Part shown: positions 1 to 11,054 of the stretch, one piece after another | Layout of the letters: each line of letters starts with the position of its first letter | Numbering within the stretch: the first letter of the stretch is position 1 | Assembly (NCBI GenBank): GCA_963708025.1 | Contig: CAVPSB010000037.1 | Coordinates: forward strand, 1 to 64,000 | Length of the DNA: 64,000 nt | Direction: 5' to 3' | Source of the DNA: an uncultured Candidatus Rokubacteria bacterium | GTDB lineage: Bacteria; Methylomirabilota; Methylomirabilia; Rokubacteriales; DASRDR01 | Notes under the pieces: model-generated | Databases searched by the model: none | What the model was told of the DNA's origin: nothing | Seen by the model: only the letters and a program-made list of their open reading frames with translations | Translations under genes and position numbers: made by a program

Positions 1-146
1 GCCTCGCCCCAGCCGGTGAGCCCGTCGTCCGTCTCGAGCTCGACCAGGACGTGACCGCGGCGCGCGGGCGGGGCGCCGTAGCGCGTGGCCAGCCGGATGC
101 CGGGCTCGGTCTCGACCAGGTGCACTCGGGCGGCGCGGATCCGCAT
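1..146 (-). CDS. Mandelate racemase/muconate lactonizing (enolase superfamily) enzyme, N-terminal part, runs off the window
   Basis: Own translation, not in ORF track: MRIRAARVHLVETEPGIRLATRYGAPPARRGHVLVELETDDGLTGWGEA. VLVELETDDGLTGWGE is the typical MR/MLE N-terminal motif; GAGGAG SD upstream. Confidence 0.85.
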   Translation of the reverse strand, partial: MRIRAARVHLVETEPGIRLATRYGAPPARRGHVLVELETDDGLTGWGE

Positions 147-353
147 GGCAGGCCCTCCTCGTCCTCTCTTGCGCCCAGGGAATCGAAACGCGACTTGCCG
201 TCGCCGCTCCTCCGGCTCCGGAGTGACCGATTTCAGCAGGCAGCATAGCCCTTGCGGCCGGGCTCCGCCAGCATGAGATGCTCGCCGCATCGGTCGCGGC
301 GGTGGCTGGGGGGGGCCGGGGGACCGGCTGACCGGCGGGGGAGGTCCCCGCCG

Positions 354-1356
354 TTACGCGTCGAGCGTCACGACCTGGCCGGTGCGGTGGGACCGGTAGG
401 CGGCGTCAACGACCCGCATGACCGCCTCGAGCTCGGCCAGGCCCGCCACCGGCGGCCGCCCGGCCCGCACGTCGGCCAGCGTCCGCTCGACGAACAGCGG
501 GTAGAGGGCGTCGCTGTCCAGCTCGACCGGCACCAGGCGGCCGCCGGCGCCGTCGCGGCGTGCCATCCACAGGCCGCCCTCCGCCCGGTGCGCGTAGATC
601 CGCTCCGAGGCCACGCTGAGGTAGAACTCGCGCTTGGCCCGGGCGTCGGGCGGGAACGTGTAGGAGGTCTCGATCTCGCACACCGCGCCGTCCCGGCCGG
701 TCAGGACCAGCAGCGAGTGATCCTCGACGGCCAGCCGGTGCGTCCGGTGGCTCAGGCGGGCGTAGACCGTCGCCACCGGCTCACCGGTGAGAGCGAAGAA
801 CAGGTCCACGAAATGCCCCGACAGGTTGATGGTGCAGCCGCCGCCCGACTGCGCGGGGTCCAGCAGCCAGGCGTTCCCGCTCGCCAGGTACCGCTGGGGA
901 CCGCCGTGCATGGACCGGAAGGCGAGGTGACCGAACCGGGCGGGAAGCGTCCCCTCGGCGCGGGCGATCTCGGCCAGGAGCGGGCTCACGCGGAAGACCA
1001 GCGGCACCGCCACGAAGACGCCGGCGGACTCGGCGAGCCGCCGGGTCCGCGCGACGTCGGCGGCGCCGAGCCCCCCGGGCTTCTCGATCGCGAAGGGGAT
1101 TCGCCGGGCGAGGAGCTTCTCGGCGATCCCGGGCATGTCGAGGTGGCGCCCGAACGCGAACGCGAAGTTCGACCTCGGCCCCCGCCAGCAGCGCGTCCAC
1201 GCTGCCAAAGGCGGCGGCGCCGGTCTCCGCGGCGACGGCCCGCGCCCGCTCGGGATCGCGGTCGCACACCGCGGCCACCGGCACCCCGAGGGCGCGCAGC
1301 GCCGCCGCGTACATCGGCGCGTGCCAGTGGCCGACCTCGACCAGGGCGACCTTCAC
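354..1356 (-). CDS. Gfo/Idh/MocA oxidoreductase (frameshift near 1168)
   Basis: N-terminus VKVALVEVGHWHA...AVCDRDPERA in ORF 781..1407 joins FAIEKPGG...SGGGCTINLSGHFVD in ORF 354..1208; SD GGGAGGAG before GTG at 1356. Confidence 0.85.
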
Positions 1357-1405
1357 CGGTGGCAAGTCTCCTCCCCTGCCGGGCCGCTGTACAATAGCAC
1401 GCGTC

Positions 1406-2197
1406 ATGCGCCGGTCACTTTCGTCTCCGCGCTGGCAGAAGGTCGCCCTGACCCTGATCGGCGTCGTCGTCGCCTGGGAGCTGGCGGTCCGCGCGCTCGG
1501 CCTGGCGCCCTACGTCCTGCCGGCGCCGAGCCTCGTGTTCCGGGACTTCACGGGGCAGTGGACGCGGATCCTGAGCCACACCCTGGTCACGGCCGAGATC
1601 GTCCTGGTGGGGTACGTCCTGGGCGTCGTCGTGTCGATCCCGCTGGCGCTGCTGATCGCCTTTTCGCCCACCGTGCAGGCCACGCTGTATCCGCTGCTGG
1701 TCCTTTTCCAGATCATCCCCAAGATCGCCGTCGCGCCCCTGCTCATCGTGTGGTTCGGCTTCGGCTTCCTGCCGAAGATCATGCTCGTCTTCCTGCTGTC
1801 CTTCTTCCCGATCGTGATCAGCGCCATCGCGGGGTTCCGCTCGCTCGACGACGACGTGATCGACCTCGCCCGCTCGACCGGCGCCGGCGCCTGGAAGATG
1901 TTCCTGAAGATCCGGCTGCCCCAGTCGCTGCCGAACATCTTCACCGGGCTGAAGGTGGGGGCGGCGCTGGCCGCCACCGCGGCGGTGGTCGCCGAGTTCG
2001 TCGGCTCCGACAAGGGCCTCGGCTACCTGATCCTGGAGTTCAACGGCTTCATCGAGATCCCGCGCGTCTTCGCCTGCATCGTGCTGCTGAGCGCGATCGG
2101 CCTCGCGCTCTACTACGCGGTCGAGCTGATCGAGCACTGGACGATCCCCTGGCACGTCTCGCAGCAGGACGACGAGACCCGGCTCGGCGTGGCCTAG
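1406..2197 (+). CDS. ABC transporter permease, NitT/TauT (SsuC-like) family
   Basis: Hydrophobic helices, PKIAVAPLLIVWFGFG, EAA-like loop DLARSTGAGAWKMFLKIRLP, VVAEFVGSDKGLGYLI. Confidence 0.93.
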   Translation: MRRSLSSPRWQKVALTLIGVVVAWELAVRALGLAPYVLPAPSLVFRDFTGQWTRILSHTLVTAEIVLVGYVLGVVVSIPLALLIAFSPTVQATLYPLLVLFQIIPKIAVAPLLIVWFGFGFLPKIMLVFLLSFFPIVISAIAGFRSLDDDVIDLARSTGAGAWKMFLKIRLPQSLPNIFTGLKVGAALAATAAVVAEFVGSDKGLGYLILEFNGFIEIPRVFACIVLLSAIGLALYYAVELIEHWTIPWHVSQQDDETRLGVA

Positions 2198-2248
2198 GCC
2201 CGGACGCGCCGCGCTGTCACCCGCACCGCCCCGAGGAGGAGACCTCCC

Positions 2249-3226
2249 ATGAAGCGACTCGCGGCCGCTCTCGCCGTCGTCGTCCTCGCGTGCGCCGGGC
2301 TGTCGGCGCCCGCGCTGGCCCAGGACAAGGTGTCGTTCCGCCTCAACTGGGTCCTCATCGGCCAGCACCCCCCATTCCTGCTCGGGAAGGAGCGCGGCTA
2401 CTACGCGGAGGAGAAGATCGACCTCACGATCAACGAGGGCCGGGGCTCGGGGTCCACGGTGACGCTGGTCGCCAACGGCGACGACCAGATCGGCCTGGCC
2501 GACGCCGGCTCGGTCGTCGCCGGCCGCGCCAAGGGCGCGCCGGTCGCGGTCATCATGTCGGTCTTCGGCATCTCGAACCTGGGCATCACCTGCCGGGCGG
2601 ACACCGGGATCGGCGGCCTGAAGGACCTGATCGGCAAGAAGGTCGCGGTGACCGCCGGTGACGCCCTCCACCAGATGTGGCCGGCGCTGCTGGCGGCGAA
2701 CAAGATCGGCCCGGACCAGATCACGCTGGTGTTCATGGACCCGGCCGCCAAGCCGATCGCCACCATGGACAAGAAGACCGACTGCCTGCTCGGCGGCATC
2801 GACGACCAGACGGTCATCATGGAGAGCAAGGGCGTGCCGGTGCGGGTGATCCGCTTCGCCGACGTCGGGGTGAACACGCTCAGCGTGAGCATCTTCACCA
2901 CCACGACCCTGATCAAGAGCAACCCCGACCTGGTCCGCCGCTTCGTCCGCGCGACCACGAAGAGCTGGAAGGCCGCGCTCGCCGATCCGGCGGCGGCGGT
3001 CGAGGCGGCCGTGAAGTGGAAGCCCGGGGCGAGCAAGGAGGTCCTGCTCGGCCAGATGCAGAAGGGCTTCGCGCTCGTCGAGTCCCCCGAGAACAAGGGC
3101 AAGCCGTTCGGCTGGGCCCCGCCGGCTCTCTGGGAGCAGACGCTGGACATCATGAAGAAGTACCGGGAGCTCAAGACCGACGTCCCGACCGCCGACCACT
3201 ACAACTACACGTTCCTCGCCAACTGA
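2249..3226 (+). CDS. ABC transporter substrate-binding protein, NMT1/THI5-like
   Basis: Signal peptide; FRLNW...[24 protein letters not shown] motif; GAGGAG SD. Confidence 0.92.
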   Translation: MKRLAAALAVVVLACAGLSAPALAQDKVSFRLNWVLIGQHPPFLLGKERGYYAEEKIDLTINEGRGSGSTVTLVANGDDQIGLADAGSVVAGRAKGAPVAVIMSVFGISNLGITCRADTGIGGLKDLIGKKVAVTAGDALHQMWPALLAANKIGPDQITLVFMDPAAKPIATMDKKTDCLLGGIDDQTVIMESKGVPVRVIRFADVGVNTLSVSIFTTTTLIKSNPDLVRRFVRATTKSWKAALADPAAAVEAAVKWKPGASKEVLLGQMQKGFALVESPENKGKPFGWAPPALWEQTLDIMKKYRELKTDVPTADHYNYTFLAN

Positions 3227-3307
3227 GCTGAGTTCGAGTCGGAGGGGGGTGTCGGAACACCCAGGCGGTGCTGTTTGTCCTGAAATCAGTCTTTCTGGCA
3301 GTCGCGC

Positions 3308-3322
3308 CCCGAGCTATGCTGA
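3308..3322 (+). promoter_or_regulatory. Conserved upstream motif CCCGAGCTATGCTGA with a TATGCT -10-like hexamer (copy 1)
   Basis: Identical 15-mer at 6165..6179; both lie about 30 nt before a PF04392-type gene. Confidence 0.55.
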
Positions 3323-3353
3323 TGCGCCATCTCGATTTCGACTGGGGGCTGGC

Positions 3354-3851
3354 ATGAGGGCTCCACGGCCCGTCCTCGCGATCATCCTCACCATCGGCCT
3401 CCTCGCCGCGCCGCTCGCCGCCAAGGCGCAGGTAGGAACCGTGCCCCGGATCGGCCTCCTGGACTCCGGCTCTCGCGCTGGCCGGGAGCCCCTGTGGGAG
3501 GCGTTCCGTCGGGGCATGCGCGAGCTCGGGTACGTCGAGGGCCGGACGGTGACCTTCGAGGCCCGGAGCGCCGACGGGAACCTCGATCGGCTGACGGCGC
3601 TCGCGGCCGAGCTGGTCCGGCTCAAGGTTGACGTGATGGTTGTCGGCGCAAGCTCCGCTGCGTGGAAAGCGCGAGAGGCGACGGCAGCGATCCCCATCGT
3701 TGACAAGATCCTCAAGGGCGCCAAGCCGGCCGACCTCCCCGTCGAGCAGCCCACCAAGTTCGAGCTGGTCCTCAACATGAGAACCGCCAAGGCGCTCGGC
3801 CTCACGATCCCCCCGTCGGTGCTGGCGCGGACAGACGAGATCATCGAGTGA
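3354..3851 (+). pseudogene. ABC_sub_bind (PF04392-like) substrate-binding protein with a large in-frame internal deletion
   Basis: N-terminus (RIGLL...[14 protein letters not shown]...ATAAIPIV) joined directly to C-terminus ([25 protein letters not shown]). The middle present in the paralog at 6211..7196 is missing. Confidence 0.8.
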
Positions 3852-4765
3852 CCGGACCGAGGAGACCGGAACCGCCGGCACGCGACGTGGCTCCGGTCGT
3901 GTCCCCGGCCGGGGCGCCCGCCGCCGGGCGTCCCGACTTCATCGCGATCGACGGCGTGTCGAAGACCTTCCGGCGCGGCGCCGCCGAGGTTCGCGCGCTC
4001 GAGCGGGTTGACGCCGCCGTCGCAGCCGGCGAGTTCGTCTGCCTGGTCGGGCCCTCCGGCTGCGGCAAGAGCACGCTCATGCGCATCGTCGCCGGACTCG
4101 TCCCGGCGACCGAGGGCCGGGTCGTCATCGACGGGCGTCCCGTCGCCGGACCCGAGACCCGGCTCGGCATCGTCTTCCAGAGCCCGGTCCTGCTCGACTG
4201 GCGGACGGTGCTGGGCAACGTGCTCCTCCAGGTGGAGCTCCGTAGCCTCGACCCGAAGCGTTACGAGGCGCGGGCGCGCGCGCTGCTCGCCGCCGTCGGG
4301 CTCGACGGCTTCGAGGAGAGCCGGCCCCGCGAGCTGTCGGGCGGCATGCGCCAGCGGTGCGCGATCGTCCGGGCCCTGATCCACGATCCGCCGCTCCTGC
4401 TGATGGACGAGCCGTTCGGCGCCCTCGACGCCCTGACGCGCGAGCAGATGCGGGTCGACCTGGAAGACCTGTGGCTCTCGACGCGCAAGACGGTCTTCTT
4501 CATTACCCACAGCATCGACGAGGCGGTGCTGCTGGCCGACCGCGTGCTGGTCATGTCGCCCCGGCCGGGCCGCATCGAGCGCGTGGTGGACATCCGGCTC
4601 CCGCGACCGCGGGGGCTCGGGGCCCGCAAGGCCCCCGGGTTCACGGCGGCCGCGGAGGCGATCACCGAGATCTTCCTCGAGCGCGGGGTACTGCACGCCG
4701 CCCGGGGAGGCCTGGCCGCGCGGCTGGGGACGCCGTCATCCCGCGAGAAGCCGTCTGGGCGGTAG
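3848..4765 (+). CDS. ABC transporter ATP-binding protein, NitT/TauT family
   Basis: Walker [18 protein letters not shown] signature, [20 protein letters not shown]. Confidence 0.95.
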   Translation: MTGPRRPEPPARDVAPVVSPAGAPAAGRPDFIAIDGVSKTFRRGAAEVRALERVDAAVAAGEFVCLVGPSGCGKSTLMRIVAGLVPATEGRVVIDGRPVAGPETRLGIVFQSPVLLDWRTVLGNVLLQVELRSLDPKRYEARARALLAAVGLDGFEESRPRELSGGMRQRCAIVRALIHDPPLLLMDEPFGALDALTREQMRVDLEDLWLSTRKTVFFITHSIDEAVLLADRVLVMSPRPGRIERVVDIRLPRPRGLGARKAPGFTAAAEAITEIFLERGVLHAARGGLAARLGTPSSREKPSGR

Positions 4766-4781
4766 ACTCTCGCCCCCGTCG

Positions 4782-6140
4782 GTGATGCCGGTGCTCAGCG
4801 CGTTCGTCGCCGGCGCCGCCGGGCGGCCGCTGCCTCCCGCCGTCGCCACCCGGACGAAGCAGCACGTCCTCAACACGCTGGCCTGCATGATCTCCGGCAC
4901 CACCCTCCCGCCCGGCCGGCTGGCGATCGAGATGGTGCGCGGCTACGGGGGGGCGCCCCACGCGTCGATCCCGGGGACGGACCTCGTCACCGTGGGCGAG
5001 ATCGCCGCCTTCGCGAACGGCATGACGGCCCGGGGCGGCGAATCCGACGACGTCCACGCCCGCTCCCGCGCCCATCCCGGGGCGTCGGTGGTGCCGGCGG
5101 CGCTGGCCATGGCCGAGCGCGAGGGCGCGACCGGCGAGCGGCTCGTCCGCGCGGTGTGCGCCGGGTACGACGTGGGCTGCCGCATCGTGCCGGGGCTGGG
5201 ACTGGCGCACCTGGAGGACCGGGGCTTCGGACCGCACGCCTTCGGCCAGCTCTGGGGGGCGGCGGTCGCCGCCGGCGTGGTCGCCGGGCTGTCGGAGCGC
5301 CAGGCCCGCTACCTGCTCTCGTACGCCGCCCAGCAGACCGGCGGGCTCGCGAGCTGGATCAACGACGAGGCACACTGCGAGAACTCGTTCTTCATGGGAG
5401 GCGGCCCGGCCCGCGACGGCTACTGGGCGGCGGCGATGGTGGCGGCCGGCTTCACTGCCAACCCCGACGTGCTCGCCGGGCGCTACAACTTCCAGGACAC
5501 CTTCTCGGACGTCGCCAATCCGCGCGAGTTCGTGGACGGCCTCGGCGAGCGCTACGAGGTGATGGAGACCAGCCTGAAGCGCTGGCACGTGGGCGCGCCG
5601 ATCCACGCCAGCCTGGAGGCGCTGCTGGCGCTCCGCGAAGCGCACGGCCTGACGGCCGAGGTCGTCGCCCGTATCACGGCCCGCGTGCCGGCCCGGGACG
5701 GCGCGATCGTCCAGGGACGCCGCGCCCCCAACGTCAACTTCCACCACGTCCTCGCGGTGGCGCTCCTCGACGGCGGCCTCTCGCTGGCCGCGACCCACGA
5801 CACGGCGCGCCTGCGCGATCCGCGCGTCCAGGCGCTGGCCGGGCGGATCGAGATGGTCCTGGACGACGACCTGCAGGCGCTCATGCCGAACCGTAGCGCC
5901 GTGGTGGAGGTGCTCACCACCGACGGCCGGCGGCTCTCCCACCGAACCGACGCGCTCCTCGGCACACCGGCCGCCCCGATGACGCAGGAGCAGGTCGAGC
6001 AGGTGGCCCGCGAGCTGATGGCCCCGGTTCTGGGCGACGGGCGCGCGGAGCGTCTGATCGCCGCCGTCCGGGACCTCGATCGCGTGGCGGACGTGCGGAG
6101 CCTCCGCCCCCTCCTCCGCCTCACTCCGGCCGACCTATGA
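4782..6140 (+). CDS. MmgE/PrpD family protein
   Basis: AAFANG...ESDDVH...HPGASVVPAALAMAE, GYDVGCR, LKRWHVG-type motif, C-terminal GTPAAPMT. Confidence 0.9.
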   Translation: MMPVLSAFVAGAAGRPLPPAVATRTKQHVLNTLACMISGTTLPPGRLAIEMVRGYGGAPHASIPGTDLVTVGEIAAFANGMTARGGESDDVHARSRAHPGASVVPAALAMAEREGATGERLVRAVCAGYDVGCRIVPGLGLAHLEDRGFGPHAFGQLWGAAVAAGVVAGLSERQARYLLSYAAQQTGGLASWINDEAHCENSFFMGGGPARDGYWAAAMVAAGFTANPDVLAGRYNFQDTFSDVANPREFVDGLGERYEVMETSLKRWHVGAPIHASLEALLALREAHGLTAEVVARITARVPARDGAIVQGRRAPNVNFHHVLAVALLDGGLSLAATHDTARLRDPRVQALAGRIEMVLDDDLQALMPNRSAVVEVLTTDGRRLSHRTDALLGTPAAPMTQEQVEQVARELMAPVLGDGRAERLIAAVRDLDRVADVRSLRPLLRLTPADL

Positions 6141-6164
6141 AACGGACCTGCCTCGCGGCGACGA

Positions 6165-6179
6165 CCCGAGCTATGCTGA
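6165..6179 (+). promoter_or_regulatory. Conserved upstream motif CCCGAGCTATGCTGA (copy 2)
   Basis: Identical to 3308..3322; precedes the second PF04392-type gene. Confidence 0.55.
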
Positions 6180-6210
6180 GGCGTCACGATAGCGAGCCGG
6201 AGGGAGGGGC

Positions 6211-7196
6211 ATGACGGCTTCACGGCTCGTCCTCGGAGTGGCCCTGATGCTCGGTCCCCTCTCGGCGCCCTCCGCCGCCGGGGGGCAGACGCTCGGGCAC
6301 GTCTATCGCGTGGGGATCATCCTCCCTGGCGGTCCGTATCACGTACTGGTCGACGGACTGCGGCAGGGGCTCCGGGAGCTGGGGCTCGAAGAGGGCAAAC
6401 ACTTCGTCCTGGACATCCGGGACAGAGAGGGCGATCTGAAAGGGGTCGAGGAAGAGGCGAGGGATCTCGAACGAGGGAAAGTCGACCTCATTTACACGGT
6501 CACCACGTCCGTCACGATGGCGGCGAAACGGGCGACCACGAGCTCCCCATCGTCTTCTACGCCGGGGCCGATCCGGTCGCGGTCGGGCTGGTGGAGGGCC
6601 TCGCGAAGCCGGGCGGGCGGCTGACCGGCGTCCAGAGCCTGTCGGAGGACCTGACCGCGAAGCGCCTAGAGATCCTCAAGGAGATGATGCCGAGACTCGG
6701 TCGCGTCGTGACCTTCTACAACCCTGGCAACGCGATTTCGAGGGAAGGTGCCCGGCGGGGCCGCGAGGCCGCGCGACAGCTGGGCGTGCAGTTCGTCGAA
6801 CGACACGTGCGCTCCGTCGAGGAGCTTCGTCTGGGTTTTGGGGCGCTCAAGCCGCGGGAGATGGACGCGTACTTCTTCACGGCGGACTCGATGGTGCTTA
6901 GCCAGGCCGACCTGATCATCGACGCCGCCAGGGTGAAGAAGTTGCCGACGATGTTTTCTGAATTCAGCCTCGTCGCCAAAGGGGCCCTGGCCAGCTACGG
7001 CCACAGCTACCACGAGGCCGGTCGCCTGTCGGCGAAGCATGTCCAGCGGGTCCTGGCGGGTACCCACCCAAAGGATCTGCCGGTCGAGAGGTACGACAAG
7101 ATCGAGCTCGTCCTCAATCTCCGCACCGCACGGGAGATCGGGCTGACGATCCCGCCGGCTGTCCGCCTCCGGGCGGACAGGCTGATCGATCAGTGA
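6211..7196 (+). CDS. ABC_sub_bind (PF04392-like) substrate-binding protein (frameshift near 6545)
   Basis: ORF 6211..6624 (GLRQGLRELGLEEGK...AAKRATT) continues in ORF 6591..7196 (LAKPGGRLTGV...KRLEILKEMMP...PKDLPVE...LNLRTAREIGLTIPP). Confidence 0.85.
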
Positions 7197-7233
7197 TCGA
7201 GCAAATTCAGGTACCGGTGGACCGTGGGCTGGC

Positions 7234-7986
7234 TCAGGGCGGCATCCCGCCCAATTCCGACTGGTTCAGCAACTGGCCCAGCCTGAGAGTTACCAGCCCC
7301 ATGAGGCGGCGGAAATCTGCCAGGGCGCTGATGGATGCGACGTCTTGCAGATCACGCTCCAAGTAGGTCCGAACGTACCCCTCGAACCACCGCATCCGCT
7401 CTCGGGACGAGTCCGCCAGGACGACGGAGGGATAGCCCCCGATCAAGGCCCGCTCGGTCCAATTGGTCGTCGATGCCCCCTCTCGCTCCAGGAGCCGACC
7501 GAGCTCCTTGGGGGTGCGTGCCTCGAGGAGGCGCCCCCACGGGCCCGGATCGGGAGTCCCCCGTTTCTCGCGCTCCGTCATCGGAAGGAGGGTCAGGTAC
7601 ATGGCCCGGCCGGCGAGCGATTCGGACACCTTCCGCATGAGGAGGAGGTTCGCCGACCCGGTAAGCAGGAAACGCCCCTTCCGGCGATCCCTATCGACGG
7701 TGCGCTTGATGGCCAAGAGTAGGTCGGGGGCCCTCTGAACCTCGTCCAGCGTCAGACGGTTGCTCTCTTCGAGTAGCGTCTCCGGAGAACGCTCGGCGCG
7801 CGCCAAGAGGTCGAGATCGTCCAGGGACCGATAGCGGCGCTCCCGAGCCGAGGGAAGATGCTGGACCAGAGTACTCTTCCCGGTCTGCCGAGCGCCCGTC
7901 AGCACCACGACCGGGAACTGCCCCAATGCCTCCTCGATGACCGGCGTGAGCAGGCGGGGGAAGAACCGGGTCTGCAATCTATTCAT
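7234..7986 (-). pseudogene. AAA_14-family ATPase (usually fused to DUF4143), C-terminally truncated
   Basis: VVVLTGARQTGKSTL Walker A, LDEVQRAP Walker B, FLLTGSA, ESLAGR, GGYP, YVRTYLERDL. Ends just after LLNQSEL, without the DUF4143 half. Confidence 0.8.
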
Positions 7987-8019
7987 GGTGTGAATGATAG
8001 TCATTCATGTGCTGAATAG
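7979..8019. promoter_or_regulatory. AT-rich nested palindrome: two ATTCA-N5-TGAAT boxes over the AAA ATPase start codon
   Basis: CTATTCA tggtg TGAATGA tag TCATTCA tgtgc TGAATAG; overall dyad symmetry; conspicuous in GC-rich DNA. Confidence 0.65.
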
Positions 8020-8183
8020 CAATGCTGATCGACCAGGGTGGGCCCTCGGTAGGGACGGGCCGTCGTTGCGCCGAGGGGCCAGGCGGAGGCCCAGCGCTCC
8101 GCGCGGCGGCTCCGCCACCGGCCCACCCACCCGAGCCGTAACGGGGAGGGCATCCGGGGGGTCTTCCGGCCTCCCCTGACTCA

Positions 8184-9323
8184 CTACCAGAGCGTCGCCG
8201 AGGCGAGCCGGGCGCCCTCCACCATGGCCTGGAGCTTGGCCCAGGCGATCTTCGCGTCCACCTTCCGGCCCCAGGCGGACGTCCCGAAGCCGCAGTCGGT
8301 GCCGGCGATCACGCGCTCCCGCCCCACGGCCTCGGCGTAGCGGACCAGCCGCTGGGCGATCAGCTCGGGATGCTCGATGAAGTTGGTTGTGGTGTCGAGG
8401 ACACCGGGAATGATCACCTTGTCCTCCGGCAGGCGGACCTCCGTTCCATACCTTCCACTCGTGGGCGTGGCGGGGATTGGCCCCCTCGAACGAGATGCCC
8501 ATCGGCCGGGCCCGGAGCACGAGGTCCACGATCTCGCGCAGCGGCACGTCGTGGTGGTGGGGGCCCTCGTAGTTCCCCCAGCACAGATGCATCCGCAGGC
8601 GGTCGGGCGGCAGGCCGGCCAGCGCGTGGTCGATCACCTCGACGTGCATGGCCACCATCGTCCGGAACTCCGGCGGCGTCAGGTCGGCGTACTGGAAGCC
8701 GCGGGTCATCGCCAGGTCGGGGCAGTCCACCTGCAGCACGAACCCCGCCCGCACGATGGCCTGGTACTCCTCCTTCATCGCGTCGGCGAGGGCGTACAGG
8801 TACGCCCGTGGTCGGGATAGTACTCGTTGGGCAGGAAGTGGGCGATCACGCCCGGAGAGGCCGCGGTCATGAAGACCTCCGCGGGGCGGCGCCCGTCGAT
8901 CGCCGCCTGCAGGCGGTCGATGTCGCCCTGGATGGCCTCTCGATCCCGCCGGGCGATCGGGGCGGTGCAGGCCGGCTGCGGCATCGAGGCGGAGGTCTGG
9001 TGCGTGCCCCGGTACCCCGGAAAGTCCGCGAGGTCGCGAGCGGGGTGGACCCGGACCAGCCGCTCGCCCTCGAAGCCGGCCAGCCGCTCCTTGACGTAGG
9101 TGGCGTACTGGACCCGGCCCTGCTCCCCGTCGTTCACCACGTCCAGGCCGGTGTCCGTCTGCTGCCGCACGATGTCGGCCACGGCCTCCCGGACGGCGGC
9201 CTCGAAGGCCGGCCCGTCGGGGAGCCGGCGCTCCTCGCGGAGGCGCAGCAGCTCCTGGAGGTGGGGCGGCCTCGGGAGACTCCCGGTGTGGGTGGTCAGG
9301 ATCCGTGTTGTGCTCCGCTGCAC
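8184..9323 (-). CDS. Cobalamin-independent methionine synthase II-like (core MetE / epoxyalkane:CoM transferase-like) protein; frameshifts near 8810 and 8445
   Basis: ILTTHTGSLPRP, GLDVVNDGEQGR, LQVDCPDLA, MHLCWGNYEGPH, PGVLDTTTNFIEHPE and GTDCGF spread over three ORFs. Confidence 0.88.
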
Positions 9324-9380
9324 GGTCGTCCTCCTCCTCCCGTCAGCCGGGCTTCGCCTCCAGGCCGATCCATGCCGACG

Positions 9381-9408
9381 ATCATGGCGACTTCCCGGTG
9401 GGAGTCAA
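9381..9408 (-). promoter_or_regulatory. Putative sigma70 promoter TTGACT-16-CATGAT for the MetE-like gene
   Basis: Reverse-strand hexamers about 60 nt upstream of the GTG start. Confidence 0.4.
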
Positions 9409-9730
9409 GCGCGACTCGCCTCGAGGCCGGCCTCCCGGGGGTCTCCGGGGTCGTGGACATCCGGTAGGAATGGCTCCAGGCGACACCGGGCGCGCGCGAC
9501 CGTGGATTGGCCCGTTCTCTCGCTCACTTAGGCCGGGCGGTCCGGCGAGCCGATGGCGTCGCCCCGGTGACGTCGCTCCCGGGGGTGAGGCAGCCGGTCC
9601 CCGGTCACGAGATGCGCGCACTCGCGGGCTTGCCCGGGGACGGCGAATCGAGCGATGATCAGGCCAGGTATGAGGCGACGAGGAGCCGCCCGAGACGTAC
9701 CCACGACCTGACAGGCGGAGGACGACAGCC

Positions 9731-10897
9731 ATGGCCAGTCTGCTCGAACAGCTCAACCAGATGACGGTCACCGTCGCCGACACCGGCGACATCCACTCGA
9801 TCGAGAAATTCAGGCCCCGCGACGCGACGACGAACCCGTCATTGATCACGGCCGCCGCCCAGATGAAGGAGTACGCGGACGTCGTCGAGGGAGGCCTGCG
9901 CTGGGCGGAGCGGGAGGCCGGGCCCAACGCGACCGCGGACAAGGTGGTCAAGCTGGCCCTGGACCGCCTGGCCGTCGAGTTCGGCCTGCGCATCCTGAAG
10001 GTGGTGCCGGGGCGCGTCTCGACCGAGGTCGATGCGCGGCTCTCGTACAACACCCAGGCGAGCATCGAGAAGGGGCGATACCTCATCTCGCAGTACAAGG
10101 CCGCCGGCATCGGTCCCGAGCGGGTGCTCATCAAGATCGCCTCGACCTGGGAGGGCATCAAGGCCGCCGAGGTGCTCGAGAAGGAGGGCATCCACTGCAA
10201 CCTGACGCTGCAGTTCGGCATGCATCAGGCCGTGGCCTGCGCCGAGGCCGGGGTCACGCTCATCTCGCCGTTCGTGGGGCGCATTCTCGACTGGTACAAG
10301 AAGGCCGAGAAGCGCGACAGCTACCCGCCGGCCGAGGATCCGGGCGTGAAGTCCGTCACCACGATCTACAACTACTACAAGAAGTTCGGGTACAAGACCG
10401 AGGTCATGGGGGCGAGCTTCCGCAACAAGGACGAGATCATCGAGCTCGCCGGCTCTGACCTGCTGACGATCGCGCCCAAGCTGCTCGACGAGCTCCGGAA
10501 CGGAACCGGGACGCTCGTGCGCAAGCTCGATCCGGCCAAGGCCAAGGCGATGCCCATCGAGCGGATCAAGATGGACGAGCCGACCTTCCGCGCGATGCAT
10601 GCCAAGGACCGGATGGCCCAGGAGAAGCTCGAGGAAGGCATCGTGGGATTCTCGAAGGCCATCGAAGCCCTGGAGAAGCTGCTGACCGAGCGCTACCACG
10701 TGATGCACGACCGGGTCGTGGCGGGAGAGGCCGCGCGCGCGTTCTTCAAGGCCTACGACCACGACGGCGACGGCCACATCACCCGGGAGGAGTGGGCGGG
10801 GAACGCGGCCGTCTTCGAGGCGCTGGACGGCGACCACGACGGCAGCATCACGGTGGAGGAGCTGGCCGCCGGCCTGGGGGCCGCGCACCATCTGTGA
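9731..10897 (+). CDS. tal: Transaldolase with C-terminal EF-hand pair
   Basis: [51 protein letters not shown]-terminal loops [12 protein letters not shown] and [12 protein letters not shown]. Confidence 0.96.
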   Translation: MASLLEQLNQMTVTVADTGDIHSIEKFRPRDATTNPSLITAAAQMKEYADVVEGGLRWAEREAGPNATADKVVKLALDRLAVEFGLRILKVVPGRVSTEVDARLSYNTQASIEKGRYLISQYKAAGIGPERVLIKIASTWEGIKAAEVLEKEGIHCNLTLQFGMHQAVACAEAGVTLISPFVGRILDWYKKAEKRDSYPPAEDPGVKSVTTIYNYYKKFGYKTEVMGASFRNKDEIIELAGSDLLTIAPKLLDELRNGTGTLVRKLDPAKAKAMPIERIKMDEPTFRAMHAKDRMAQEKLEEGIVGFSKAIEALEKLLTERYHVMHDRVVAGEAARAFFKAYDHDGDGHITREEWAGNAAVFEALDGDHDGSITVEELAAGLGAAHHL

Positions 10898-11054
10898 TCG
10901 GACCCGCGCCGTCCCGGGGGCCCTTCGGGCCCAACGGTGACCGCGAGGTCCGGCAACGAGGAGCGCCAGGGGGTCACGGCGCAGGCCGTGACCCCCTGGT
11001 CGTCTCGGGATCCCGGCGACGCCAGCGGCCAGATGTGCCCGGCGAGGCCGCCCC

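Noticed and set aside
3700-3705. TTGACA at the deletion junction as a new promoter
   Set aside because: No -10-like hexamer 16-18 nt downstream.
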